From a virus (Duplodnaviria > Caudoviricetes), in IMG/VR virus record IMGVR_UViG_3300017717_000046, positions 1 to 29,713 of that record: a stretch of DNA of 29,713 nucleotides; one strand, given 5' to 3'. This document shows, piece by piece, positions 8,722 through 17,075 of this stretch. The notes under the pieces were generated by a model that saw only the letters and a list, made by a program, of their open reading frames with translations, made no database searches and was not told the DNA's origin. A program made the position numbers and the translations under genes. Within the stretch, counting starts at the first letter, position 1; each line of letters begins with the position of its first letter.

Positions 8722-9483
8722 ATGACTGAAACACATGTAATCAATGACGAGACCGCCTCAGAGCAGGTCACCTTAGAAGAAGAAGCTGCTAAAATTGAAG
8801 AACAAGAGCAGCCACAGGGAGACCGCCCAGAGTGGCTTCCTGAGAAGTTTAAGTCTCCAGAAGACTTAGCAAACGCCTACAACAACCTAGAGACGCGCTT
8901 GGGAACTCCTGATGACGACGAGAGCGAGGAAGACCTGCCTCCCACCGAGAAAAAGTCCGAGGATGACCCTTCCCAGAATGACACTATTACTAGCGCTTCT
9001 ATGGAGTTCTTTGAAAGCGGTGGTCTTTCGGATAACACCTACGCAAAACTCCAAGAGGTTGGTCTTAGTAAGGAGCTTGTTGATTCCTACATCGAAGGAC
9101 AATCTGCTATTCAACAGTCAAGCGAAGAGGCTCTCTTAGCAGAGGTTGGTGGTCGTGAGTCTTATGACAAGATTTCTGAGTGGGCCTCGGATAACATGAG
9201 CGAAAAACAACTTAGCGCTTACAACCAAGCCATGGAAACAGGAAGCGACGAGCAAGCCTCTCTCGCTATTGACTGGCTAAAGGGTAAATACGAAGACGCC
9301 AACGGCGTATCACCTACGCTGGCACAGGGCAAAACAGCAGGTTCTGGAGTATCAGCCTTTGAAAGCCGCGCACAAGTAATGGCAGCTATGTCGGAGCGCG
9401 ACGCCACAGGTCGCAAGCGCTACGAAGTAGACCCCGCCTACCGAGCCGAAGTGGAGCGTAAACTAGCACTTTCCAACCTATAA
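8722..9483 (+). CDS. Capsid assembly scaffolding protein (T7 gp9-like)
   Basis: Very acidic; RPEWLPEKF, VGG...Y.....WA, C-terminal Y..DPAYR..VE.KL..S; follows portal. Confidence 0.93.
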   Translation: MTETHVINDETASEQVTLEEEAAKIEEQEQPQGDRPEWLPEKFKSPEDLANAYNNLETRLGTPDDDESEEDLPPTEKKSEDDPSQNDTITSASMEFFESGGLSDNTYAKLQEVGLSKELVDSYIEGQSAIQQSSEEALLAEVGGRESYDKISEWASDNMSEKQLSAYNQAMETGSDEQASLAIDWLKGKYEDANGVSPTLAQGKTAGSGVSAFESRAQVMAAMSERDATGRKRYEVDPAYRAEVERKLALSNL

Positions 9484-9495
9484 CCTATACAAACC

Positions 9496-9684
9496 ATGAC
9501 AGAAGCAATTAACTGGTTACTCGCCAACAAAGAAACGGTCATTCAACTCCTTACGGGTGTTGTATCCGTCGCTAGTATTTTAGCTACTCTTATCCCTAAC
9601 GACAGCGCTAACGCTTGGATTGCCCGAGCAAACAAGGTTGTTAGTTGGCTAGCACTAAACATCGGAAAGGCTAAGAGCAAATGA
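9496..9684 (+). CDS. Small membrane protein, putative holin
   Basis: 62 aa with hydrophobic segment VIQLLTGVVSVASILATLIP, amphipathic second helix ending LALNIGKAK and a basic C-terminus; heads the lysis cluster. Confidence 0.6.
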   Translation: MTEAINWLLANKETVIQLLTGVVSVASILATLIPNDSANAWIARANKVVSWLALNIGKAKSK

Positions 9685-9815
9685 GTTTGTATAAAAACAT
9701 GAACAACCGGAAGAGACTTAAAATCAGTCGGTCTAAAAAGAACTCTACCGTTAGCGACAAAAGCTACGCTAATATGAAAGCAGGGTTTCCTAAGAAGAAG
9801 AAAAAGAAGAAATGA
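9681..9815 (+). CDS. Small highly basic protein (44 aa, not in ORF track)
   Basis: Hand translation MSLYKNMNNRKRLKISRSKKNSTVSDKSYANMKAGFPKKKKKKK; ATGA overlaps with both neighbours (9681-9684 and 9812-9815). Confidence 0.75.
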   Translation: MSLYKNMNNRKRLKISRSKKNSTVSDKSYANMKAGFPKKKKKKK

Positions 9816-9964
9816 TTAAGCTACTGGTATCGCTCATGCTTGCGTTTCCTAAGATTGCCGACGTCTTTTTCAAAGTAAAAGATGAGTATACTAAGTCGTA
9901 TAAAAAGAATCGCCATCGTCGCATGGATAAGCGTATCGACGACTGGTTGCACAACTCTAAGTAA
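9812..9964 (+). CDS. Putative inner-membrane spanin (Rz-like, 50 aa, not in ORF track)
   Basis: Hand translation MIKLLVSLMLAFPKIADVFFKVKDEYTKSYKKNRHRRMDKRIDDWLHNSK: hydrophobic N-terminus, charged helix; overlapped in another frame by a lipoprotein-like ORF. Confidence 0.5.
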   Translation: MIKLLVSLMLAFPKIADVFFKVKDEYTKSYKKNRHRRMDKRIDDWLHNSK

Positions 9965-10076
9965 AAGTGAAATTCCATATTTTATTTCAATACTTGAAGA
10001 ACATTCTTTCTCACCTGAAGAGAAAGAAACCATCGCAGAGCTGCTCAGATACGCCGCGCAGCTTGAGGCGAGGTGA
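9882..10076 (+). CDS. Putative lipoprotein / outer-membrane spanin (Rz1-like)
   Basis: Basic n-region (RIKR), hydrophobic h-region (IAIVAWISV), lipobox-like TTG-C with a non-canonical -3 residue; starts inside the 9812 ORF. Confidence 0.55.
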   Translation: MSILSRIKRIAIVAWISVSTTGCTTLSKSEIPYFISILEEHSFSPEEKETIAELLRYAAQLEAR

Positions 10077-10674
10077 GCTTGTAGGTATTTGTGTTGGTCA
10101 TTCCCGTCCGGGCGACAAAGGTGCAGTCAATTATGACGGCACAGTTGACGAATGGAGCTACAACCTAGAAGCCGGGGAGGCTCTCAAAAAAACCCTTAAA
10201 GATAAAGGTGTGCGTTCGGTTCTTTACTCAACCTACGAAGGGAAAACCTATCGCACCGCGATGACATACATCCGAAAGAAGCTCAAGCTAGACGGAGCTA
10301 CGTTAGCTGTAGAGCTTCACTTCAATGCTTCTGGCATTCCTACTGTGCGAGGTTGCGAGACTTGGTATCGTTACGGTTCTCCTGAAGGACGTAAACTAGC
10401 ACAACACATTCAAACATCTATTATCGCTGCTTATGGCAACAGAAACAGAGGAGTCAAAGCAGCCAAAGCACCCGACAGAGGATTTAGCTTCATGAAAAAT
10501 GACGCCCTTCCTGCTGTTCTTTGCGAACCGTTTTTCGGAGACGACAAGAAAGACTACATCTTGTTCTCCAAACCGACCAAGCTGGGTCAACACCTAGCTG
10601 ACGGTATCTACAATTTCCTGTTGGATAAGCATACAAGTAACCAGAGCGCCCGAAAGGATAACGCTGTTGAGTGA
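10063..10674 (+). CDS. Endolysin, N-acetylmuramoyl-L-alanine amidase (Amidase_3-type)
   Basis: Zn-amidase motifs ICVGH, E...N, VELHFNA, G.ETWY, PAVLCEPFF. Start is uncertain; in-frame TTG at 10063 chosen over the track's 9967. Confidence 0.88.
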   Translation: MRRGELVGICVGHSRPGDKGAVNYDGTVDEWSYNLEAGEALKKTLKDKGVRSVLYSTYEGKTYRTAMTYIRKKLKLDGATLAVELHFNASGIPTVRGCETWYRYGSPEGRKLAQHIQTSIIAAYGNRNRGVKAAKAPDRGFSFMKNDALPAVLCEPFFGDDKKDYILFSKPTKLGQHLADGIYNFLLDKHTSNQSARKDNAVE

Positions 10675-10737
10675 ACGACGCCTCGACCGACCTGAAAAAC
10701 CTAAAACAAAACCAAACTAACCTAACAAAATTATATT

Positions 10738-11784
10738 ATGGCTGAAGGCACTATTACCCCCTCATTCCTTGGACAAAGCGGCGGCTCTGGAGACAAAAAC
10801 GCTCTTTTTCTAAAAGTATTCGCTAACGAAGTCCTCACCACGTTTGAAGAAACTAACGTGATGAAAGACCTCCATACCGTTCGGACTATTTCGAGTGGTA
10901 AGTCGGCGCAGTTCCCCACTATGGGCAAAGCAACTGCTAAGTATCACGAACCCGGTGACGACGTATTTGAAAATACCACAGAAGGTTACACTTCAACGAT
11001 TAACCACAAAGAGCGCATCATCACCATTGATGACGTGCTGATTGCGGCTACGTCTATCGCTAACATCGACGAATTGAAGAACCACTACGACGTGCGTTCT
11101 GCCTATTCGACCGAGTTGGGACGTGCACTTTCTAAGCGCTTCGACCTCGCTACTATGCGAACTCTCGTTGCTGCCTCTGAAGTGAACGATGTTGCTCGCG
11201 CTAACCCTGATGCTGGTCAAGGCACTGTGATTAACTTGGGCTCAGGCGATGCGTCAGGTATTGCTGACCTTAGTGATGCTAATAAAATCATTTCAACCTT
11301 CCGCCTCATCGCGCAGAAGCTTGACGAGAAAGACATCCCGTCTGAAGACCGTTTCGCTATTCTGACACCTGAGCTTTACTACCTCCTCGCAGGTAGTGAT
11401 AACGCAGCCATTAACCGCGACTTCGGTGGTGGAGGCAGCATTGCTTCTGGTAAGGTGTTGGAGCTTGTTGGACTGAAAATCTTCAGCTCGACTCACTTGT
11501 CTGACATCGCCACAAACGAAGTCACCTCTGATGACGTCAAAGCTAAGAACAACCCGTTCGACGACGCTGATGGCGCTTCGGCTGACAAGGGTTATCTTGA
11601 CGCTGGTCTCAGCGACCTTAAGTTCGTTGCTGGTCACAAGTCCGCTATCGGAACTGTCAAGCTTATGGACCTCGCTGTGGAATCGGAATATTCCATGTCT
11701 AAACAAGCGACCCTCATGCTTGCCAAATACGCAATGGGTCACGGTATTCTTCGTCCTGAAGGTGCTGTGAGCGTTATTGCTTAA
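10738..11784 (+). CDS. Major capsid protein (T7 gp10-like)
   Basis: ALFLKVF..EVL..F, RTISSGKSAQFP, YDVRS.YS..LG.AL, AKYAMGHG.LRPE motifs. Confidence 0.97.
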   Translation: MAEGTITPSFLGQSGGSGDKNALFLKVFANEVLTTFEETNVMKDLHTVRTISSGKSAQFPTMGKATAKYHEPGDDVFENTTEGYTSTINHKERIITIDDVLIAATSIANIDELKNHYDVRSAYSTELGRALSKRFDLATMRTLVAASEVNDVARANPDAGQGTVINLGSGDASGIADLSDANKIISTFRLIAQKLDEKDIPSEDRFAILTPELYYLLAGSDNAAINRDFGGGGSIASGKVLELVGLKIFSSTHLSDIATNEVTSDDVKAKNNPFDDADGASADKGYLDAGLSDLKFVAGHKSAIGTVKLMDLAVESEYSMSKQATLMLAKYAMGHGILRPEGAVSVIA

Positions 11785-11796
11785 TACATACCCCCT

Positions 11797-11836
11797 AGGG
11801 GCCTCCTTAGAACAGTCTTTGGAGGCCCCTTTTTTT
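11797..11836 (+). terminator. Rho-independent terminator after capsid gene (Tphi position)
   Basis: 10-bp stem AGGGGCCTCC (11797-11806) / GGAGGCCCCT (11821-11830) followed by a T run to 11836. Confidence 0.88.
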
Positions 11837-11838
11837 CT

Positions 11839-12093
11839 ATGAAGAAAAGAGTAAACATGCGGATAGAACACAAGTCTAAGAAAGGCGGTCTCACCAAAAA
11901 GGGACGTGACCACTATAACCGCAAAACAGGCTCTAATCTCAAAGCTCCGGTAACGGAGAAAAACCCTAAAGGAAAGAAGGCTGCTCGTAAGCGTTCATTC
12001 TGTGCTCGCATGTCGGGCGTCAAAGGGCCTATGAAAGACAAAAAAGGTCGCCCTACGAGAAAAGCTCTCGCTCTTCGTAGATGGAAATGTTAA
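11839..12093 (+). CDS. Small basic conserved phage protein (DUF6321-like)
   Basis: GGLT..GR..YNR.TGSNLKAPV...RK.SFCARM.G..GPMKD..GRPTRKALAL..W.C pattern recognised from aquatic phage proteins; alternative start at 11857. Confidence 0.75.
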   Translation: MKKRVNMRIEHKSKKGGLTKKGRDHYNRKTGSNLKAPVTEKNPKGKKAARKRSFCARMSGVKGPMKDKKGRPTRKALALRRWKC

Positions 12094-12112
12094 CAATAAA
12101 TAAATAAAAATT

Positions 12113-12346
12113 ATGTGTATGTCTAGTAATCAATCGAAGTTCGGTCTTCTTGGAGCGCACCTTGTCGAAAGCGATAAAGTTCAACGCTTTGTTAAAAAAA
12201 CGGGTTTTGATAACACCATCGCGGGTGCGGTAATAAGGAATAACCGAGATAAGAAGCCGTCTCGTCGTCCGATAAACCCGAGAACAGGCCACCCGGAAAC
12301 GAAAGCAGCTAACTCAACGCCTCGCACAGGGTTTAGCATTTATTAA
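12113..12346 (+). CDS. Hypothetical basic protein with Met-Cys start
   Basis: 77 aa ORF after the A-rich leader ATAAATAAATAAAAATT-ATG; fills the gap before tail tubular A. Confidence 0.6.
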   Translation: MCMSSNQSKFGLLGAHLVESDKVQRFVKKTGFDNTIAGAVIRNNRDKKPSRRPINPRTGHPETKAANSTPRTGFSIY

Positions 12347-12352
12347 TAACCA

Positions 12353-12385
12353 AGCCCCTAGCGCTCACTCTTAAACGCTGGGGTT
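12353..12385 (+). other. Intergenic stem-loop
   Basis: AGCCCC(T)AGCG pairs with CGCTGGGGTT around a 12-nt loop; no U-tract follows. Confidence 0.5.
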
Positions 12386-12403
12386 ATAAATTCAAATAAA
12401 CAA

Positions 12404-12994
12404 ATGGCTCTAACTACTGAACTAGAAAGTGTAAACCAAATGCTTGGGCATATTGGTGAAGCACCCATAAACACGCTTGCTGACTCAGCAGCACTACCAA
12501 TTTCTGCCAGCACCGCCTTGACCGCTCTACGCGAAGTCTCAAAGGAAGTGCAAACCGAAGAGTGGCACTTCAACACCATTACGAACTACGAGCCAACCAA
12601 AGAGCTAACCGGAAAACTTAGGTTACCTGACGAAACTCTTTTTGCTGACGCGGTAGACAAAACACGCGACGTTGTTCAGCGTGGTTTGTATTTGTATGAC
12701 CGTAAAAACCAAACGAACATCTTCAACGAAACCTTCAAAGTTGACCTCACCGTTCAACTATCATGGGACGAGCTTGTGGAAGTAGCCAGACGCTACATTA
12801 CCCTTAGAGCCTCCCGTGTGTTCCAGAGTCGCATCATTGGAAGCACAGAGCTTCAATCGTTAATTGCGTTGGATGAAATGCAAGCGCGTGCTCGTTTGCT
12901 GGAGCTAGACTCTCAATCATCTGACAGAACCATCTTTGACAGCGAGGACGTAGCTCGACGTGTAGGCGTCCACCGCAACCCTAATATCTACTAA
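12404..12994 (+). CDS. Tail tubular protein A (T7 gp11-like)
   Basis: TELE.VN.ML..IGEAP, VQ...W.FN, LYDR.N.T..F, YIT.RA.R.FQ motifs. Confidence 0.94.
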   Translation: MALTTELESVNQMLGHIGEAPINTLADSAALPISASTALTALREVSKEVQTEEWHFNTITNYEPTKELTGKLRLPDETLFADAVDKTRDVVQRGLYLYDRKNQTNIFNETFKVDLTVQLSWDELVEVARRYITLRASRVFQSRIIGSTELQSLIALDEMQARARLLELDSQSSDRTIFDSEDVARRVGVHRNPNIY

Positions 12995-15894
12995 TGCCCT
13001 TAATCAACACCTCGGTAAGTAACCTCATTCAAGGGGTCTCACAGCAGCCAGACGCTATTCGTTTTGCTGGTCAGTGTGAGGAACAGGAGAACGCTTTGCC
13101 AAGCATCGTGGACGGTCTCCAAAAGCGACCGGGGTGTCAGCATATCGTCACGCTACTAAACGCAGCGTCTCTCGACGCGAACTCTAAGATTCACTTCATT
13201 GAACGCGACCAAGACGAGAGGTATGTGGTTATTATTAAGAACAAAACCTCCTCAACGAAGTCTATCGCAGCGTTTAACCTCTCTACAGGGGCTCAGGCGA
13301 CAATCACAGAGCGCTATACCGGGGTGGTTGAATCGTTTGTTAGTTCAGATGAAATCTATAAGAAAGCAATCACCTTTACACAGAAGGCTCCTGTCACAGT
13401 TTTAGGCACAGAGAGTTCCCGGTTGGGTAAACTCAGAATCACCGGGGGTCTAAATAAAGGTAACACCTTATACGACATCTTTGACATTGCTACCGACACC
13501 GACAAGAAGCGACTCAGGTTTGACGGAGATGTTACATTGTATGGCTCTGGGACTGGCTCCTACCAAAACACAGTTGAATACACTGTAGACAACACAGATA
13601 ACGCAGAGCTAATTCTTGAGACTCGTAACTACCTTACTCACGGCGTTGACGACTCGACACCCACAGTCCCCGTAGACGACCTCAAGCTGTTTACTACTGG
13701 TGACTTTACCTACGTCCTTAATACCAAGAAGAAGGTAACTAAAGATTCCACAACGAGTGCTCCTGTAAGCTCAGAAGCTTTGGTGTTTGTTAAGCAAGGC
13801 GACTACGAGCGTAAGTATGGGTTGTCTGTTACGACGGCTGGTGGGACTACGTATGAGAACTGGACTTACTCTGGGCCTTCGCAGAAAAAAACTGGAGGAG
13901 GAACCTTCTACAACACAGGTTATGAATCGGAATCGGATTTCATCATGCAGAATTTGTTTGAGGGAACTTTAACAGGCACGGCTCCCCGATTGGTTCGTGA
14001 CGCTAACAACCAAACCCCGCGATACGACCAACCTTTTAACCTAGTAGCAATTTCTAGCACAGGTGACGGATTACCTTTGCTCACAGACCCCTCGTTCAGC
14101 TCAAGTCTAAAAGGTAACCAAATTGGTGTTATTACCGGACCTGCTGACTTTACAATTCAAGTAGATGATTCAATGGCTGGAGAAGGACTTGGGGTTGCAT
14201 ATAAATCGGTCCCTAACCTAGCAGACTTACCGAGCACCGCTACCCACAGGTTTAAGATTGCCGTGCAAGGCGACGTGGATGCATCTGAAGACGACAGATA
14301 TGTTCAGTTCTTGGTTAATGGACACACCCCATCCTTGGCGGACGGCTCTGTTGGAGATGGTGGTTGGTTTGAAACCAGCGGAGGCAACGTGAGTGACCGC
14401 ATCGACGCAGCTACAATGCCCTTGATTCTCAAGAGCACCTCCGTAAACGCATTTGAGATTAACCACATGCCTCTGGATAAGCTAGACGCTGGGGACGCGT
14501 TAACAAACCCTGACCCTTCCTTTATCGGAACCTCCATCCAACGGGTGTTCCAGTTTAAGAGCCGTTTAGGTTTCTTATCAGGCTCATCGGTTTCTATGAG
14601 CGAAGTAAAGTTCGGAGGTTACGACGGTGAGTTGGATTTACAACGATACAACTTCTACCGGACCTCAGTTACATCGCTACTGGATGGAGACCCAATCGAC
14701 GCCACCATCTCGTCTGACAAGGTGACCAAGCTTAGGGCTGCTATCTCGTTCCAAGACAACTTGATATTGTTCTCAGACTTCAGTCAGTTTGTTCTCCGGG
14801 GTGGAGACCTGCTAACACCAAAGACTGTCTCGTTCAACCAAATTACAGAATACGAATACGATAAGTCGGTAGACCCGATTGGTCTTGGTTCGTATATTTA
14901 CTTCCCGTTCGTTCGAGGAGGATTCATGGGAATCCGTGAGTTCACAGTAAACGCGAACACCGACAACTTTGACGCAAACGAAATCACAGCTCACGTTCCT
15001 CAGTATATCCCCAAGACCAGCGGAGGAGGGCTTGTGGCTCTTTCTGGGTCCAGCGCAGAGAGTCTAATGGCTACTACTGATGGTAACGACGTCTACGTCT
15101 ACAAATACTTCTTCAAAGGAAACGAGAAAGTTCTCAGCTCTTGGGGTAAGTTCACCGTAAGCGGTGGTGGTATCAGGGGTCTTACGTTCATCGAATCTGA
15201 GTTGTATATTGTTCAGTCTATCTCCGACACAAACCAGACGCACCTACTTAAGATAAGCATGGGTAACAAACAGAGAGACCCTGAAGGATACAACACGAAC
15301 CTAGACAGGCGTGTTGTTGTAACTCTCAACGCTACTTTAGCTGTTCCAACATTTACTTTACCCTACTTGCTCAAGGACGACGAGGAGTTACAAGTCTACA
15401 CCAAAGATGGTCTTTTTATTCAGAACCTAGAGACCACACCAAACGGGTCTGAGACTGTTGTTACATTCAAAAACAACACCGTTAGCGGAGGATTGACTGG
15501 CGTCGCTGAGTCACTCTATGCTGGTGTTAAATACACCATGAAGTATACTTTCTCTAAGTTGTTGTTTAAAGCACAGGCCGGGCAGAACATGACACGCACC
15601 GATGGTAAAATGCGAGTTCGTGGAGGAACGCTATTTTTCGAGGACACGTCGCACTTTGAAGTCAAAGTCACACCCGACCTAAGAAACACCTCGACTGCGG
15701 AGTTCAACGCCTCTATCGTGCAGCATACCATAGAGGGTGATTCTGTTTTAGAGTCGGGACGTTTTCGATTCCCTGTATTTTCAGACCCTGAACAAACTAC
15801 CATTACCGTTGAAAACTCCTCGGCCATGCCTTCTAACTTCCAAAGTGCAGAGTTCGAGTCATTCATTCATCAACGCTCCAGACGCTATGGCTAG
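12994..15894 (+). CDS. Tail tubular protein B (T7 gp12-like)
   Basis: NLIQGVSQQPD, GL.KRP, PSF.G..I, RLGFLS, D.DPID, EITAHVP.YIP, SSW.K motifs; TAATG overlap with gp11. Confidence 0.94.
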   Translation: MPLINTSVSNLIQGVSQQPDAIRFAGQCEEQENALPSIVDGLQKRPGCQHIVTLLNAASLDANSKIHFIERDQDERYVVIIKNKTSSTKSIAAFNLSTGAQATITERYTGVVESFVSSDEIYKKAITFTQKAPVTVLGTESSRLGKLRITGGLNKGNTLYDIFDIATDTDKKRLRFDGDVTLYGSGTGSYQNTVEYTVDNTDNAELILETRNYLTHGVDDSTPTVPVDDLKLFTTGDFTYVLNTKKKVTKDSTTSAPVSSEALVFVKQGDYERKYGLSVTTAGGTTYENWTYSGPSQKKTGGGTFYNTGYESESDFIMQNLFEGTLTGTAPRLVRDANNQTPRYDQPFNLVAISSTGDGLPLLTDPSFSSSLKGNQIGVITGPADFTIQVDDSMAGEGLGVAYKSVPNLADLPSTATHRFKIAVQGDVDASEDDRYVQFLVNGHTPSLADGSVGDGGWFETSGGNVSDRIDAATMPLILKSTSVNAFEINHMPLDKLDAGDALTNPDPSFIGTSIQRVFQFKSRLGFLSGSSVSMSEVKFGGYDGELDLQRYNFYRTSVTSLLDGDPIDATISSDKVTKLRAAISFQDNLILFSDFSQFVLRGGDLLTPKTVSFNQITEYEYDKSVDPIGLGSYIYFPFVRGGFMGIREFTVNANTDNFDANEITAHVPQYIPKTSGGGLVALSGSSAESLMATTDGNDVYVYKYFFKGNEKVLSSWGKFTVSGGGIRGLTFIESELYIVQSISDTNQTHLLKISMGNKQRDPEGYNTNLDRRVVVTLNATLAVPTFTLPYLLKDDEELQVYTKDGLFIQNLETTPNGSETVVTFKNNTVSGGLTGVAESLYAGVKYTMKYTFSKLLFKAQAGQNMTRTDGKMRVRGGTLFFEDTSHFEVKVTPDLRNTSTAEFNASIVQHTIEGDSVLESGRFRFPVFSDPEQTTITVENSSAMPSNFQSAEFESFIHQRSRRYG

Positions 15895-16354
15895 TGTAGT
15901 AGAAACAACACCCGAAGGACATACCATTCTCATCGCCACCAAAGAGCACGCTAAAGAGCTTACTGAGGGCATGAGGGAGATGGACAAACTCGAATGCTTT
16001 TGTGTTGGCTCAGCGCCGTCAAAAGCTGTTGAGTCGTCTATGAACGCCAGCGACATGAGCTTTACCGTCATGACCAAGGACAACAAAGTCATGGCTATGT
16101 TCGGAGCGGGAGAAGGCCATGAGCCTTTCATCTGGATGTTGGGAACTAATCAAGTAGAACTGTATGCAAAAGACTTTCTAAAGCATTGTAGAAAATGGGT
16201 CTGGTCTTTAGCTAGTCATTATGGTTCTGTGTCTAATTGGATACATACGGATAACCTTGTGTGCATCAAATGGCTTAAATGGTGTGGAGCGGAGTTCGGA
16301 GAACCCGTAAAAATTAAAGAAGAACTTTTTAGAAAATTCAAAATAACAAAGTAA
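15887..16354 (+). CDS. Internal virion protein A (gp13-like, GNAT/acyltransferase-like)
   Basis: R..D..E, A.FG, IWMLGT, N.....N...IKWL.WCG..F pattern; position after gp12. Start taken at ATG 15887. Confidence 0.82.
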   Translation: MASVVETTPEGHTILIATKEHAKELTEGMREMDKLECFCVGSAPSKAVESSMNASDMSFTVMTKDNKVMAMFGAGEGHEPFIWMLGTNQVELYAKDFLKHCRKWVWSLASHYGSVSNWIHTDNLVCIKWLKWCGAEFGEPVKIKEELFRKFKITK

Positions 16355-16355
16355 C

Positions 16356-17066
16356 ATGTGTGACTTAACAATGGCAATGATGGGTATTCAGGCCGCGCAA
16401 GGCGTAGCTTCCATCTCAGCCCAGCAGCAACAGGCAGAAGCGCAAGAAGCCGCTCAAAGTGCCGCCTCTGTTCGCGAGATGCAGCGACAGCAAATGACCA
16501 TGCGCTCAGAGCGTATGCAGCAGAGTCAGGAAGAAACTTCAATGGCGCAGGAAGCGCTTAAGGCTCAACGAGAATCTGAAGCATCAGTTTCCACCGGGAC
16601 CGTCGCCGCTGAGTCAGTAAATGTAGCAGGAACATCCGTGGGTCTTGGTCTACAAGACCTTGCAAGAAGCAATGCAGATTATCAGTCCGCTTTGGCTTTA
16701 CAAGCTCGCTTAAACGACTCATCACGCCGACTGGGGCTTGCTAATGCTGGCGAACAATATGTCACTAACATGATTGGAATCAATCAACCCATCGCTCAGC
16801 CTGATTACTTAGGAACAATCTTAGGGACCGCAGGGAGTATGATGGGCACTTACCAGCAAGGAAAACTCTATGACATGCAGACAGATAATGCTAATCTCAG
16901 TCGCGGAGTCATGAGAGGTCAAGAAACAGCAGCGGAGAAAGCCTACAGAATTAATCAGGAGCGAGTCAATAACTTGGGTAAGCAAAAAACAGCAGCTGGA
17001 ATTAGAACCGCAACAACCCAAACTAATAGAGCAATATTCGGAATCCAGCGGAAAGCAACAAACTGA
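16356..17066 (+). CDS. Internal virion protein B (gp14-like)
   Basis: Met-Cys start, Ala/Gln-rich helical sequence, V.G.SV motif, P.....G tail; syntenic with gp14. Confidence 0.75.
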   Translation: MCDLTMAMMGIQAAQGVASISAQQQQAEAQEAAQSAASVREMQRQQMTMRSERMQQSQEETSMAQEALKAQRESEASVSTGTVAAESVNVAGTSVGLGLQDLARSNADYQSALALQARLNDSSRRLGLANAGEQYVTNMIGINQPIAQPDYLGTILGTAGSMMGTYQQGKLYDMQTDNANLSRGVMRGQETAAEKAYRINQERVNNLGKQKTAAGIRTATTQTNRAIFGIQRKATN

Positions 17067-17075
17067 TAATACACT

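Noticed and set aside
9967-10062. N-terminal extension of the amidase given by the ORF track
   Set aside because: It overlaps the lipoprotein-like ORF; the amidase fold starts at about ELVGICVGH and an in-frame TTG exists at 10063.
11740-11840. T7 10A/10B-type capsid frameshift extension
   Set aside because: No slippery sequence is evident near the stop, and a terminator follows immediately.
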